This document shows positions 55,926 to 64,000 of a DNA stretch of 64,000 nt, in pieces. The stretch lies in assembly GCA_040399745.1 (NCBI GenBank), contig JBBARP010000001.1, forward strand, positions 106,617-170,616, read 5' to 3'. This DNA is from Bdellovibrionia bacterium. GTDB taxonomy: Bacteria; Bdellovibrionota; UBA1018. The notes under the pieces were generated by a model that saw only the letters and a list, made by a program, of their open reading frames with translations, searched no databases and had not been told where the DNA came from. The position numbers and the translations under genes were made by a program. Positions within the stretch are counted from its first letter, which is position 1. The number at the start of each line of letters is the position of its first letter.

Positions 55926-57413
55926 ATGTGGAAAATCCCGTCTTTGCGGTCCCAACCGAAGCTGGTCGCTGTTGAAGCCGATTTAGTCCTGGTCGCTCAG
56001 GACGCCGCCCGATCCAAGTCGGGCGAAGGAGGACTGTACGGGGCGCTTCAGGCTCAGCTGGTGCGCCAGAAGGTGGCGAGCGGGAAGCTTGGCCAAACGG
56101 CCTTCGTTCGAAACGGCGGAAAGCGACTGGCTGAAAGCGTCCTTTTCGTGGGTATCGGGCCCGCTCCATCGCCGGATGCCGAGAAGTACCGGCGCGCGGG
56201 TGCTCAGGCCTATTCTAAGCTTTCAACCGAGAAAGTTTCGTCGGCCCGGATCCAGCTTGAGGAATTTCAAGGAGCCGACCCGGTCGTTGCTGCGGGCGCC
56301 TTTGCAGAAGGGTTTCTGCTTGCGTCTTACCGCTTCGATCACCACAAATCATCGGCCGCAGAGAGCCAAGCTTTTAGCCTGACTTTTGTCGTTTCGCCAC
56401 GCGCGGGCTTGACTCAGTCCCTGTCCGCCGAACTGAAGCGAGTGAAGATCGTTGCCGAGTGCGTGGGGCTTTCTCGGGATCTGTCGAACGAACCCTCGAA
56501 CGTCGGAACGCCCGAATTCATGGCTTCGGAAATTCAGAAGCTGGCCAAAAAACATGGGCTCAAGTGCCGAGTGCTGAACGAGCGGCAGGCCGCTAGTGAG
56601 AAAATGGCTCTCTTCCTTGGGGTGGGTGCGGGCTCCGAGCGAGAAGGCAAAGTAGTCGTTTTGGAGTACTCGCCGAAGAAGCCTCGCAAAACGGTTGCTC
56701 TGGTCGGAAAGGGAATCACCTTCGACTCGGGCGGTATCTCGATCAAACCCGCTGCCAACATGGAAGCCATGAAGCACGACATGGGTGGCGCTGCTGCTGT
56801 GGTTGCGGCGACGTTTCTCGCTGCTCGGCAAAAGAGCCCCAATCGCGTTGTCTGCGTGGTTGGATTCACCGAGAACATGCCTGATGGCGCGGCTCTTCAG
56901 CCTGGAAACATCATCCGTGCAAGAAGCGGCAAGACCGTCGAAATCATCAATACGGATGCCGAAGGGCGCCTGATCCTGGCGGATCTTTTGGATCTTGCGC
57001 AAGACTACACGCCGGATGTCTGTGTGGACGCCGCGACTTTAACCTTCGCCATCAGCATCGCACTTGGACAGCATTACGCAGGCCTGTTCACGCCCGACCA
57101 GAAGCTCCAGGAGCGGCTCGAACGAGCTGCTCAAGCCGAGGGCGAGAGGCTCTGGCCCATGCCTCTGCCCGAGGAGTCGCTGGATGACATCAAATCCGAT
57201 CACGCGGATTTGAAGAATAGCGTGAATGACAGTTTCGCAGGCTCCATTCGTGCTGCCGTTTTCTTGCAGCAGTTTGTCCGTAAAGGCCAAGCCTGGGCAC
57301 ATATTGATATGTCGAACGTGGCAAAAAACATGGGCTATCTACCCTATGTGCCCAAGCGCGGCGGAACGGGTCTTTTGGTCCGCACGCTGGCTCGATTTGC
57401 TTCCGAGTACTGA
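55926..57413 (+). CDS. pepA: Leucyl aminopeptidase (M17)
   Basis: GKGITFDSGG, MKHDMGG, NTDAEGRL.LAD. Confidence 0.93.
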   Translation: MWKIPSLRSQPKLVAVEADLVLVAQDAARSKSGEGGLYGALQAQLVRQKVASGKLGQTAFVRNGGKRLAESVLFVGIGPAPSPDAEKYRRAGAQAYSKLSTEKVSSARIQLEEFQGADPVVAAGAFAEGFLLASYRFDHHKSSAAESQAFSLTFVVSPRAGLTQSLSAELKRVKIVAECVGLSRDLSNEPSNVGTPEFMASEIQKLAKKHGLKCRVLNERQAASEKMALFLGVGAGSEREGKVVVLEYSPKKPRKTVALVGKGITFDSGGISIKPAANMEAMKHDMGGAAAVVAATFLAARQKSPNRVVCVVGFTENMPDGAALQPGNIIRARSGKTVEIINTDAEGRLILADLLDLAQDYTPDVCVDAATLTFAISIALGQHYAGLFTPDQKLQERLERAAQAEGERLWPMPLPEESLDDIKSDHADLKNSVNDSFAGSIRAAVFLQQFVRKGQAWAHIDMSNVAKNMGYLPYVPKRGGTGLLVRTLARFASEY

Positions 57414-57423
57414 GGTCCATGTG

Positions 57424-58074
57424 ATGCAGCCCGTGCAGAAGCCTTGGGTCCGTGCGAAGTCCTTCCTTTTAGCGGTGGGCTTGGGTTGCCTCACTCTTAC
57501 GGTGTTTCCGAGTTCCGCCCGGGCATGGTCCTATGATCTTGGACTCGGTTATCTCGGGCAAAATCTTGGATTCACTTCGGCCCAAGCCTCGGGTGACGCA
57601 GGAACCTTTGGGGCCTCGTCCCTGACTCTGAACTGGAACGCGCGAGGAGAGATCGGCGGATCCGGCTGGTTTTTGAATCCTTGGCTAGCATTCACGCCGC
57701 TTCATCGAAGTGATTCAGATGACTCGATCGAGCAACGCGATTGGTTTTTCGCCTTCGATCTGGGGTTGCCCCTGGGTGAAAGTAATTGGGACGTGCGGGC
57801 CGGGACTGGATTGAAGCTTCAGTCTTTGTCGGGCAACGGGGGCTTGGTTGAATTGGATAATGGAAACTCCACTTCGACCTTTGCCCGCCCTTCTTACAGT
57901 GCCACGACTCTGACCTTGGGCCTGAACGCAGGGGTCGGGGGCGCGTTGCCTGGACTTCTGGACGGGCGCTTACGCTTGGATCTGGATACTTGGGTCACCG
58001 GCGCGTTTTCATCCGATCGTAGGGCCTGGGACCTTCTTGCTGCTTTGAGTTGGAATCTCGGGGGGAGCCGATGA
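57424..58074 (+). CDS. Putative outer-membrane beta-barrel protein
   Basis: Signal peptide (ARA), alternating amphipathic beta strands with aromatic residues, C-terminal LSW. Confidence 0.6.
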   Translation: MQPVQKPWVRAKSFLLAVGLGCLTLTVFPSSARAWSYDLGLGYLGQNLGFTSAQASGDAGTFGASSLTLNWNARGEIGGSGWFLNPWLAFTPLHRSDSDDSIEQRDWFFAFDLGLPLGESNWDVRAGTGLKLQSLSGNGGLVELDNGNSTSTFARPSYSATTLTLGLNAGVGGALPGLLDGRLRLDLDTWVTGAFSSDRRAWDLLAALSWNLGGSR

Positions 58075-58934
58075 ACGGCTTAAGAACGTGTTTGGGAAAA
58101 CAAAGCTGGGCGAGCGTCTTCGGACTCTGGATGGGGGCAGGGCTTTTTCTTTCCCCGTTAGCGCATGCTTTCACCCTCAGTTATTCCTCGGCGCTTCAGG
58201 GCTGGCAGGGCAATACGCTTTCCTTTGCGGTGAACAGTTCTCAGTGCGGAATCACTCAGGCGGAGCTTTACTCGGCCATCGATGACGCCATCGCACTTTG
58301 GAACCGAGTCCCCAACAGCCGCATTCGTCTGAGCCGTGGGGCCGAAGTGACAACGACCGTGGCTCAGGCTCTTGCGGGAAATGCGGCATCGGGTCTGCCA
58401 ACGCCGCTCATTCTCTGTGATCCCAACATGCAGGCCACTTTCCAGGCAGGGGTGAGTCCGAACCTGGATCCCGAGCCGAGCTTTACTTCGAACAACATCC
58501 CGGGCGTCACTCTGCCCCTGCCAACCGAGCTCACGATGGACTACGCCGTCCTCGTGCTGAACTCGGAAAGCGGAAAGTCAGCCCGGATTTCCAACCTCAA
58601 CAGCACGGTCCTTCGCGTGGTGATTGCCCACGAAATTGGCCATGTTCTGGGGCTTGGCCATACGAAAGACATCGCCAATCTGATGTATTTTGATGCTTCG
58701 GAAAGGGCAAAACTGTCTCTTTCTCAAGATGATATGGATGGAATCGCTTATCTTTATCCAAGAACGGAACTTGCCGGGAATGGCCTCTACGGCTGTGGTA
58801 CGGTTCAACGTTCCGGAGGGACGGATGGGCGCGGGCCAGGGGCCCGGGCTATCGCAGAGGTTTTGATCTGGATCGGGGTGGCTTGGTTGGGTGCCCGAAC
58901 CGTCCGGAAGTTCAGCAAGTGGAGAATCGCATGA
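58071..58934 (+). CDS. Matrixin (M10) family metalloprotease with C-terminal membrane anchor
   Basis: Signal peptide, HEIGHVLGLGH, LMY Met-turn, LS.DD..GI..LY, then GCGT + hydrophobic helix + basic tail. Confidence 0.88.
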   Translation: MNGLRTCLGKQSWASVFGLWMGAGLFLSPLAHAFTLSYSSALQGWQGNTLSFAVNSSQCGITQAELYSAIDDAIALWNRVPNSRIRLSRGAEVTTTVAQALAGNAASGLPTPLILCDPNMQATFQAGVSPNLDPEPSFTSNNIPGVTLPLPTELTMDYAVLVLNSESGKSARISNLNSTVLRVVIAHEIGHVLGLGHTKDIANLMYFDASERAKLSLSQDDMDGIAYLYPRTELAGNGLYGCGTVQRSGGTDGRGPGARAIAEVLIWIGVAWLGARTVRKFSKWRIA

Positions 58935-60256
58935 CACCGAATCGTTTCTACATTGAGCAAGCAAAAGAATTCGAAGGCAAAACGGTCACTCTGCGTGGCT
59001 GGGTGTATCAGCGCCGCAGTTCGGGCAAGATCAAGTTCCTGATCGTGCGCGACGGCACCGGCATCATGCAGACGGTTCTGTTCAAGGGCGAGTGCCCGGA
59101 TTCCGCTTTCGAAGACTTCGACCGCTTGACGCAGGAATCCTCGGTGGAAGTCACCGGGATGCTGCGCGCGGCGCCCCGCCAGCCAGGCGGCTACGAGGTC
59201 GGCGTTCAATCGCTGAAGATTCTACACATCGCCGAAGAGTACCCGATCACTCCGAAAGATCACGGCGTAGCGTTCTTGATGGAGCATCGCCACTTGTGGG
59301 TGCGAAGTCAGAAGCAGTGGGCGGCACTTCGTGTTCGTTCCGAAATTTTTCGCGCCATTCAGGAGTTTTTCGACAAGCGCGGCTTCACGCGTTTTGACGC
59401 TCCCATTCTGACTCCTTCGAGCTGTGAAGGCACCTCGACTTTGTTTGAGACTCCCTACTTCGACGGCAAGGCCTTCTTGTCTCAATCGGGCCAGCTCTAC
59501 GGCGAAGTCGGAGCCATGGCTTTTGGAAAAATTTATGTCTTCGGTCCGACCTTCCGGGCGGAAAAATCCCTGACTCGGAAGCACTTGACCGAGTTCTGGA
59601 TGGTCGAGCCCGAGATGGCTTTTTACGACCTAGAAGACAATATGGAGTTGGGCGAACAGTTCGTCGAGCACATCACCCAGACGGTTCTGGCCAATCGCGC
59701 GCGCGAGTTGGAAATCCTGGAGCGCGACCTGAAGAAGTTGGAATCGATCAAAGGCCCGTTCCCTCGAATTTCGTATGACGAGGCCATCAAGATCCTCGAG
59801 AAGCGCGGCGTGGGAATCCCCTGGGGTGAAGACTTCGGTGCGCCCCATGAAACGGCTTTGGGCGAGGAGTTCGGTGGAAGGCCTGTTTACGTTCACCACA
59901 TGCCCAGCCAGATTAAAGCGTTCTACTTCAAGCAGTCGGATTCGGTCGGCGGCCCCGGCGTCGAAGGCAACGGCAAATATGCTCTCGGTTGCGATCTGAT
60001 TGCTCCGGATGGTTACGGCGAAGTAATCGGGGGCGGTCAGCGCGAAGAAAACGTCGCTACCTTGCGCCGTCGGATCGCCGAGCATCAACTCGATGAAAAA
60101 GATTACAGCTGGTACCTCGATTTGCGGCGGTTTGGTTCCGTGCCCCATTCGGGTTTCGGTTTGGGAGTCGAGCGCACAGTGGCTTGGATGACGGGCGTTG
60201 AGCACGTTCGTGAAACCATTCCTTTCGCCCGGACGCCGAACGTCATTCGCCCCTGA
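58931..60256 (+). CDS. asnS: Asparagine--tRNA ligase
   Basis: OB-fold RGWV..R, LSQSGQLY, FRAEKS.T..HLTEFWM.EPE, PHSGFGLG.ER. Confidence 0.95.
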   Translation: MTPNRFYIEQAKEFEGKTVTLRGWVYQRRSSGKIKFLIVRDGTGIMQTVLFKGECPDSAFEDFDRLTQESSVEVTGMLRAAPRQPGGYEVGVQSLKILHIAEEYPITPKDHGVAFLMEHRHLWVRSQKQWAALRVRSEIFRAIQEFFDKRGFTRFDAPILTPSSCEGTSTLFETPYFDGKAFLSQSGQLYGEVGAMAFGKIYVFGPTFRAEKSLTRKHLTEFWMVEPEMAFYDLEDNMELGEQFVEHITQTVLANRARELEILERDLKKLESIKGPFPRISYDEAIKILEKRGVGIPWGEDFGAPHETALGEEFGGRPVYVHHMPSQIKAFYFKQSDSVGGPGVEGNGKYALGCDLIAPDGYGEVIGGGQREENVATLRRRIAEHQLDEKDYSWYLDLRRFGSVPHSGFGLGVERTVAWMTGVEHVRETIPFARTPNVIRP

Positions 60257-60271
60257 TGGGCTCGATTTGTC

Positions 60272-60736
60272 ATGCCTCATCAGTTGAATATCGTCCTCGT
60301 CGAGCCTGAGATTCCCCAGAACACGGGCTCGATTGGGCGAACGTGCCTAGCCACTGGCACTCGCTTGCATTTGATCGAGCCACTGGGTTTTGAGATTTCC
60401 CATTCTCGGCTCAGGCGAGCGGGCTTGGATTACTGGGAGCACCTGGATGTGAAGACCTGGCCTTCGGCCGAAGTTTTCTTCGAGGCGCTCGATCCTGCGG
60501 CACCGAAAGTGTTTCTGGCCAAGAGCTCAAAAAACTCGATCTATGAGCATCGATTCGAGCCGGGCACATGGATTTTCTTAGGAAGCGAGACCAAGGGCTT
60601 TCCGAAGTGGGTCATGGAGAAGTACTCGCCCTGGGCGGTATCCATTCCCATGTACGATGAGCGGGTTCGTTCGCTGAATCTGTCCAATGCCGCTTCGATC
60701 GTTCTTTACGAAGCGATCCGCCAGCTCGGTCCTTGA
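60272..60736 (+). CDS. trmL: tRNA (cytidine34-2'-O)-methyltransferase
   Basis: PEIPQNTG.I.R, RRAGLDYW, G.ETKG, RSLNLSN. Confidence 0.95.
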   Translation: MPHQLNIVLVEPEIPQNTGSIGRTCLATGTRLHLIEPLGFEISHSRLRRAGLDYWEHLDVKTWPSAEVFFEALDPAAPKVFLAKSSKNSIYEHRFEPGTWIFLGSETKGFPKWVMEKYSPWAVSIPMYDERVRSLNLSNAASIVLYEAIRQLGP

Positions 60737-60739
60737 GAC

Positions 60740-61261
60740 TCAGGCTCCCGATTTCCCGCCGCCGCCTTTGGGCTTGGAGTCGTCTCCAACGCCGTCCAGG
60801 CGGGTCAAAACGGACTGCAGGTCGCTTTGAGGCTCTTCCTCTGGGGCGACTGCATCGCTGGATAGGTCTGAGCCTAAGCCGCGCTTTTCAAGCTCTCGCT
60901 TCATGCGCTGCATGGCATCGTCGGTGCGGCGCAGCCGCTCGGCCATGGCTGCAATCATCGTTTTCAGGAAGCTCGGAACCTGTTGATAGATGACATCGAG
61001 CGCTTCGAATTGAATTTCAAGCGCAGTCACTTCGGTCAGTGCCACCGCTGAAGCCACACGCGGAGCACGATCAAAGAAGGACATCTCGCCCAGAACTTCG
61101 TTTGAGAAAAGTCGCGCGAGCTCGACCTCGCTGCTGCCGGCGCGTTTCTTCACCGCGACACTGCCCTTTTGGATGATGAAGAGCGATTCGGCGGCATCGT
61201 TTTCACGAAACAAGAACTGGCCGGGACGGAAATATCTTTCTGCAGGCTTTTGGGGCGACAT
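60740..61261 (-). CDS. Cyclic nucleotide-binding domain protein
   Basis: LFREND, FII.KG.V, LGEMSFFD..PRVASA; start taken at MSPQKP. Confidence 0.85.
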   Translation of the reverse strand: MSPQKPAERYFRPGQFLFRENDAAESLFIIQKGSVAVKKRAGSSEVELARLFSNEVLGEMSFFDRAPRVASAVALTEVTALEIQFEALDVIYQQVPSFLKTMIAAMAERLRRTDDAMQRMKRELEKRGLGSDLSSDAVAPEEEPQSDLQSVLTRLDGVGDDSKPKGGGGKSGA

Positions 61262-61307
61262 ACGTTTCAGTCTTGCATGGAGACGCTCAGGCCTCAATAT
61301 GGTTGGC

Positions 61308-61751
61308 ATGAAGCCCGCTGTGGACCGTTTGTTCGATGACTATGCCGCTCATCACCGGACGCGCGGGAATCATTTCTGCCATTCCGTCGGCATTCCTCTG
61401 ATCTTGATCACGCTCCTCGGATTGCTTTCACGAGTTCAGTTCGACACGGGCTTGTCTTGGCCGCTAGACGGTGGAGTGATTCTGTTGATCGTCGCGATGG
61501 TGGGCTATCTTTGGCTGGATTGGAAACTTGCGCTTCCTTTTGGTCTCTTCGTGCTGGGCGGATACGCTTTGGGCAAAAGTCTTTCACTTGAGATGCAATG
61601 GGCTGGGTTTGTACTGGGCTGGGTTTTTCAGGGAATCGGTCACCGAATTTTTGAAAAAAACTCGCCCGCGTTCTTCTCGAACGTTCGCCATCTCTTGATC
61701 GGACCTTTTTGGCTCTTTGCAGGATGGGTCCGTTACTCACGAAGCGTTTGA
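61308..61751 (+). CDS. Mpo1/DUF962 family membrane protein
   Basis: Y..HH...N..CH.VGIP, GWVFQ.IGH..FEK..PAF. Confidence 0.88.
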   Translation: MKPAVDRLFDDYAAHHRTRGNHFCHSVGIPLILITLLGLLSRVQFDTGLSWPLDGGVILLIVAMVGYLWLDWKLALPFGLFVLGGYALGKSLSLEMQWAGFVLGWVFQGIGHRIFEKNSPAFFSNVRHLLIGPFWLFAGWVRYSRSV

Positions 61752-61794
61752 CAGGTTCAGGCATCCGGGAATAAACCGGAGGTTCTCGGGGGAG

Positions 61795-63390
61795 ATGGAA
61801 GTGAACGCGTCAGAAAACGTGCGCTCTGCGCAGCCTGTCTTGTCGCAAGCGGTTCTTCTGCAGTTGTCGGGAGTGACCAAAGAGTTTCCAGGGACGCGTG
61901 CCCTGGACGGGGTTTTCCTGCAGGTGGCTGCGGGCGAAGTGCTCAGCCTTTTGGGCGAGAACGGCGCTGGGAAGTCCACCTTGATGAAAATTCTCTCAGG
62001 CGTTTGGCCTGCAGGGAGCTTCGGTGGCGAGATCCAAATCGAAGGACGCCCGGTGGCTTTCGCGGACACACGCGGAGCGATGGATGCCGGCATTGCCATG
62101 ATCCATCAAGAGCTCTCGGTTTTCCCGGAGCTGACGATCAGTGAGCACCTGGAGCTGGACCGCCTTCCGCGCATCATCGACTGGGCAGCGGTTCATGCGC
62201 GAACTCAGGTTTTCCTCGATCAGTTGGGTTTGGGTCTTCGAGCGCAGACTCGAGTGGGCGACTTACCCGTCGGAGGTCGGCAACTCGTAGAAATTGCCCG
62301 AGCGCTTTATCGCAATGCGCGCATCTTGGTTTTTGACGAGCCGACTTCGGCACTCACCGACCAGGAAGTGATTCGACTTTACTCGATCATTGACCGACTG
62401 CGTACTGAGGGGCGCGCGATCATTTACATCACCCACCGGATGGACGAAGTGTTCCGCTTGTCCGACCGCATGGTCGTGCTCCGCGATGGCCGCAAGGTCG
62501 ACGAATTTTCGGCTTGGCGCGACGGTGCTCGGATTTCGCGTCAGGAGCTTGAGCCGCGCATCATCACTTCGATGGTGGGCCGCGCAATCGAGGACATCTA
62601 CCCACCCAAATGCGCCATTCAGGGCGAGGAGCTGCTTCGCGTAGAGGGCTTGAATCTGATCAAGCCGCCTTCGCGCCATAAATTGAAAGATGTTTCCTTC
62701 TCGGTTCGTGCCGGTGAAGTGGTCGGTCTAGCAGGACTCTTGGGCGCTGGAAGGTCCGAGATTCTGGAGAGCCTTTTCGGAGTTCTCGAAGGTTCCGGTC
62801 CGCGCGGTTCGGGTTACAAGGTTACCGGAAAAGTCTTCCTCCGGGGGAAAGAGCGGAACCTTCGCGTGCCTTCAGACGCAATCGGTGCCCGGATGGCGTT
62901 TGTCTCCGAGGACCGAAAAGGCTCGGGCTTAGTGCTCGGACAATCCATTCGCAGCAACTTGACGCTTCCTTGGCTTGCTCAAGGCGGCAGTGCTTGGAGC
63001 TGGGTCGACTCGCGACAGGAAACTCAGCAGGTGGCTCACTGGGTAAAAGAGCTTCGCGTGAAATGCGCGAGTGTTGATCAACCCGTGGGGCAGCTCTCGG
63101 GCGGAAATCAACAAAAGGTGGTTCTGGCGAAGTGGCTTCTGACTCAGCCTGAAATCCTTTTCTTGGACGAGCCTACCCGCGGCATCGATGTGGGTGCCAA
63201 GGTTGAAATCTATCAGTGGATTCAGAAACTAGCGGCCCAAGGGATCGGCATCATTGTCGCATCGAGCGAGATGCCTGAACTATTGGGGCTGTGTCACCGC
63301 GTGGTGGTGTTGCGAGAGGGGCATGTATCGGCTCAACTCGCCGGCGCCGCAGCCACGCAAGAAGATATCATGAGGGCAGCGTCACTATGA
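61795..63390 (+). CDS. Sugar ABC transporter ATP-binding protein (XylG/RbsA-like)
   Basis: GENGAGKST, DEPTSAL, EDRK..GL, LSGGNQQK, DEPTRGIDVGAK. Confidence 0.93.
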   Translation: MEVNASENVRSAQPVLSQAVLLQLSGVTKEFPGTRALDGVFLQVAAGEVLSLLGENGAGKSTLMKILSGVWPAGSFGGEIQIEGRPVAFADTRGAMDAGIAMIHQELSVFPELTISEHLELDRLPRIIDWAAVHARTQVFLDQLGLGLRAQTRVGDLPVGGRQLVEIARALYRNARILVFDEPTSALTDQEVIRLYSIIDRLRTEGRAIIYITHRMDEVFRLSDRMVVLRDGRKVDEFSAWRDGARISRQELEPRIITSMVGRAIEDIYPPKCAIQGEELLRVEGLNLIKPPSRHKLKDVSFSVRAGEVVGLAGLLGAGRSEILESLFGVLEGSGPRGSGYKVTGKVFLRGKERNLRVPSDAIGARMAFVSEDRKGSGLVLGQSIRSNLTLPWLAQGGSAWSWVDSRQETQQVAHWVKELRVKCASVDQPVGQLSGGNQQKVVLAKWLLTQPEILFLDEPTRGIDVGAKVEIYQWIQKLAAQGIGIIVASSEMPELLGLCHRVVVLREGHVSAQLAGAAATQEDIMRAASL

Positions 63391-64000
63391 GCAGCAGCGC
63401 GACCACCACGGCAATGGGTTCTCCTTCGATTTCCTCCCCGGTCTCTTCCTCGGCTCCAGCTATCGATTGGCGCGCTTACCGCAGCGTCATCGGCCTGGGG
63501 CTGGTGATGCTGATCCTGGCTTATCTCACCGACTGGGATTTTGTTTCAGCTCGGAACCTGACGAACCTCAGTCGCCAGGTAGCGATCAACGGGATTTTGG
63601 CTGTGGGGATGACCTTCGTCATCTTGATTGGCGGCATCGATCTTTCCGTGGGATCGGTTGCAGCGCTCTCAGGAGTCGTGGCCGGTCTGCTTCAAGTCAA
63701 CGTGGGCTTGGCGCAGTGGCAGGGCGGCGGCGAAGTGGGCGGCGCGCTGATCTCGATGGGTGCTGCCATCCTGACGGGCCTCTTTTGCGGTGTTTTTAAC
63801 GGGTTTCTCATTACCCGCTACCGCATCGCGCCCTTCATCATCACTTTGGGGATGATGGTCATTTCGCGCGGTTTGGCGCTGATTGTTTCCGATGGCGCAG
63901 CCATTGCGCCTCTGGGCGACACGTTCAATGCCCTGGGGCAAAATTACTTGCCGATCCCGCTGACGCTCGCGTTGGTAGGGTTGGCGGGACTCGGTTTTGC
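63387..64000 (+). CDS. Sugar ABC transporter permease (3' partial)
   Basis: Manual translation: NLTNL.RQVAINGILAVGMTFVILIGGIDLSVGS...PFIITLGMM..RGLA. Confidence 0.9.
   Translation, partial: MSSSATTTAMGSPSISSPVSSSAPAIDWRAYRSVIGLGLVMLILAYLTDWDFVSARNLTNLSRQVAINGILAVGMTFVILIGGIDLSVGSVAALSGVVAGLLQVNVGLAQWQGGGEVGGALISMGAAILTGLFCGVFNGFLITRYRIAPFIITLGMMVISRGLALIVSDGAAIAPLGDTFNALGQNYLPIPLTLALVGLAGLGF

Noticed and set aside
58071..58934. Functional link between the MMP-like matrixin and the collagen-IV-like pilin
   Set aside because: About 56 kb apart with unrelated housekeeping genes between; bacterial matrixins are common.

Overview
This is a gene-dense, GC-rich bacterial chromosomal segment. The gene repertoire (many secreted hypothetical proteins, PilZ/Tgl-like proteins, a hem operon with an embedded two-component system) suggests Bdellovibrionota or a related deltaproteobacterium-like lineage; this is inference. 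Most genes are housekeeping: ampG, tldD/tldE, tadA, pruA, rnhA, hemA-C/D-B-L-(HK-RR)-E-N-G, LPS glycosyltransferases, ileS, pyrB-pyrC-carA, lepA, pepA, asnS, trmL and a sugar ABC transporter. I saw no rRNA, tRNA, CRISPR array or mobile element. The stand-out is 357..2012(-), a type IV prepilin-like protein (G|FTLLE) whose C-terminal ~235 aa read as a complete two-subdomain collagen IV NC1 (C4) domain with all 12 cysteines. That domain is normally regarded as an animal basement-membrane module. Other points of interest are an orphan DnaA-box cluster between convergent genes (54299-54409), an 11-bp-period Pho-box-like repeat upstream of the hem operon, a signal peptidase with Thr at the catalytic Ser position, and several uncharacterised secreted hydrolase-like proteins. 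All calls come from motif recognition by eye; no database searches were run.
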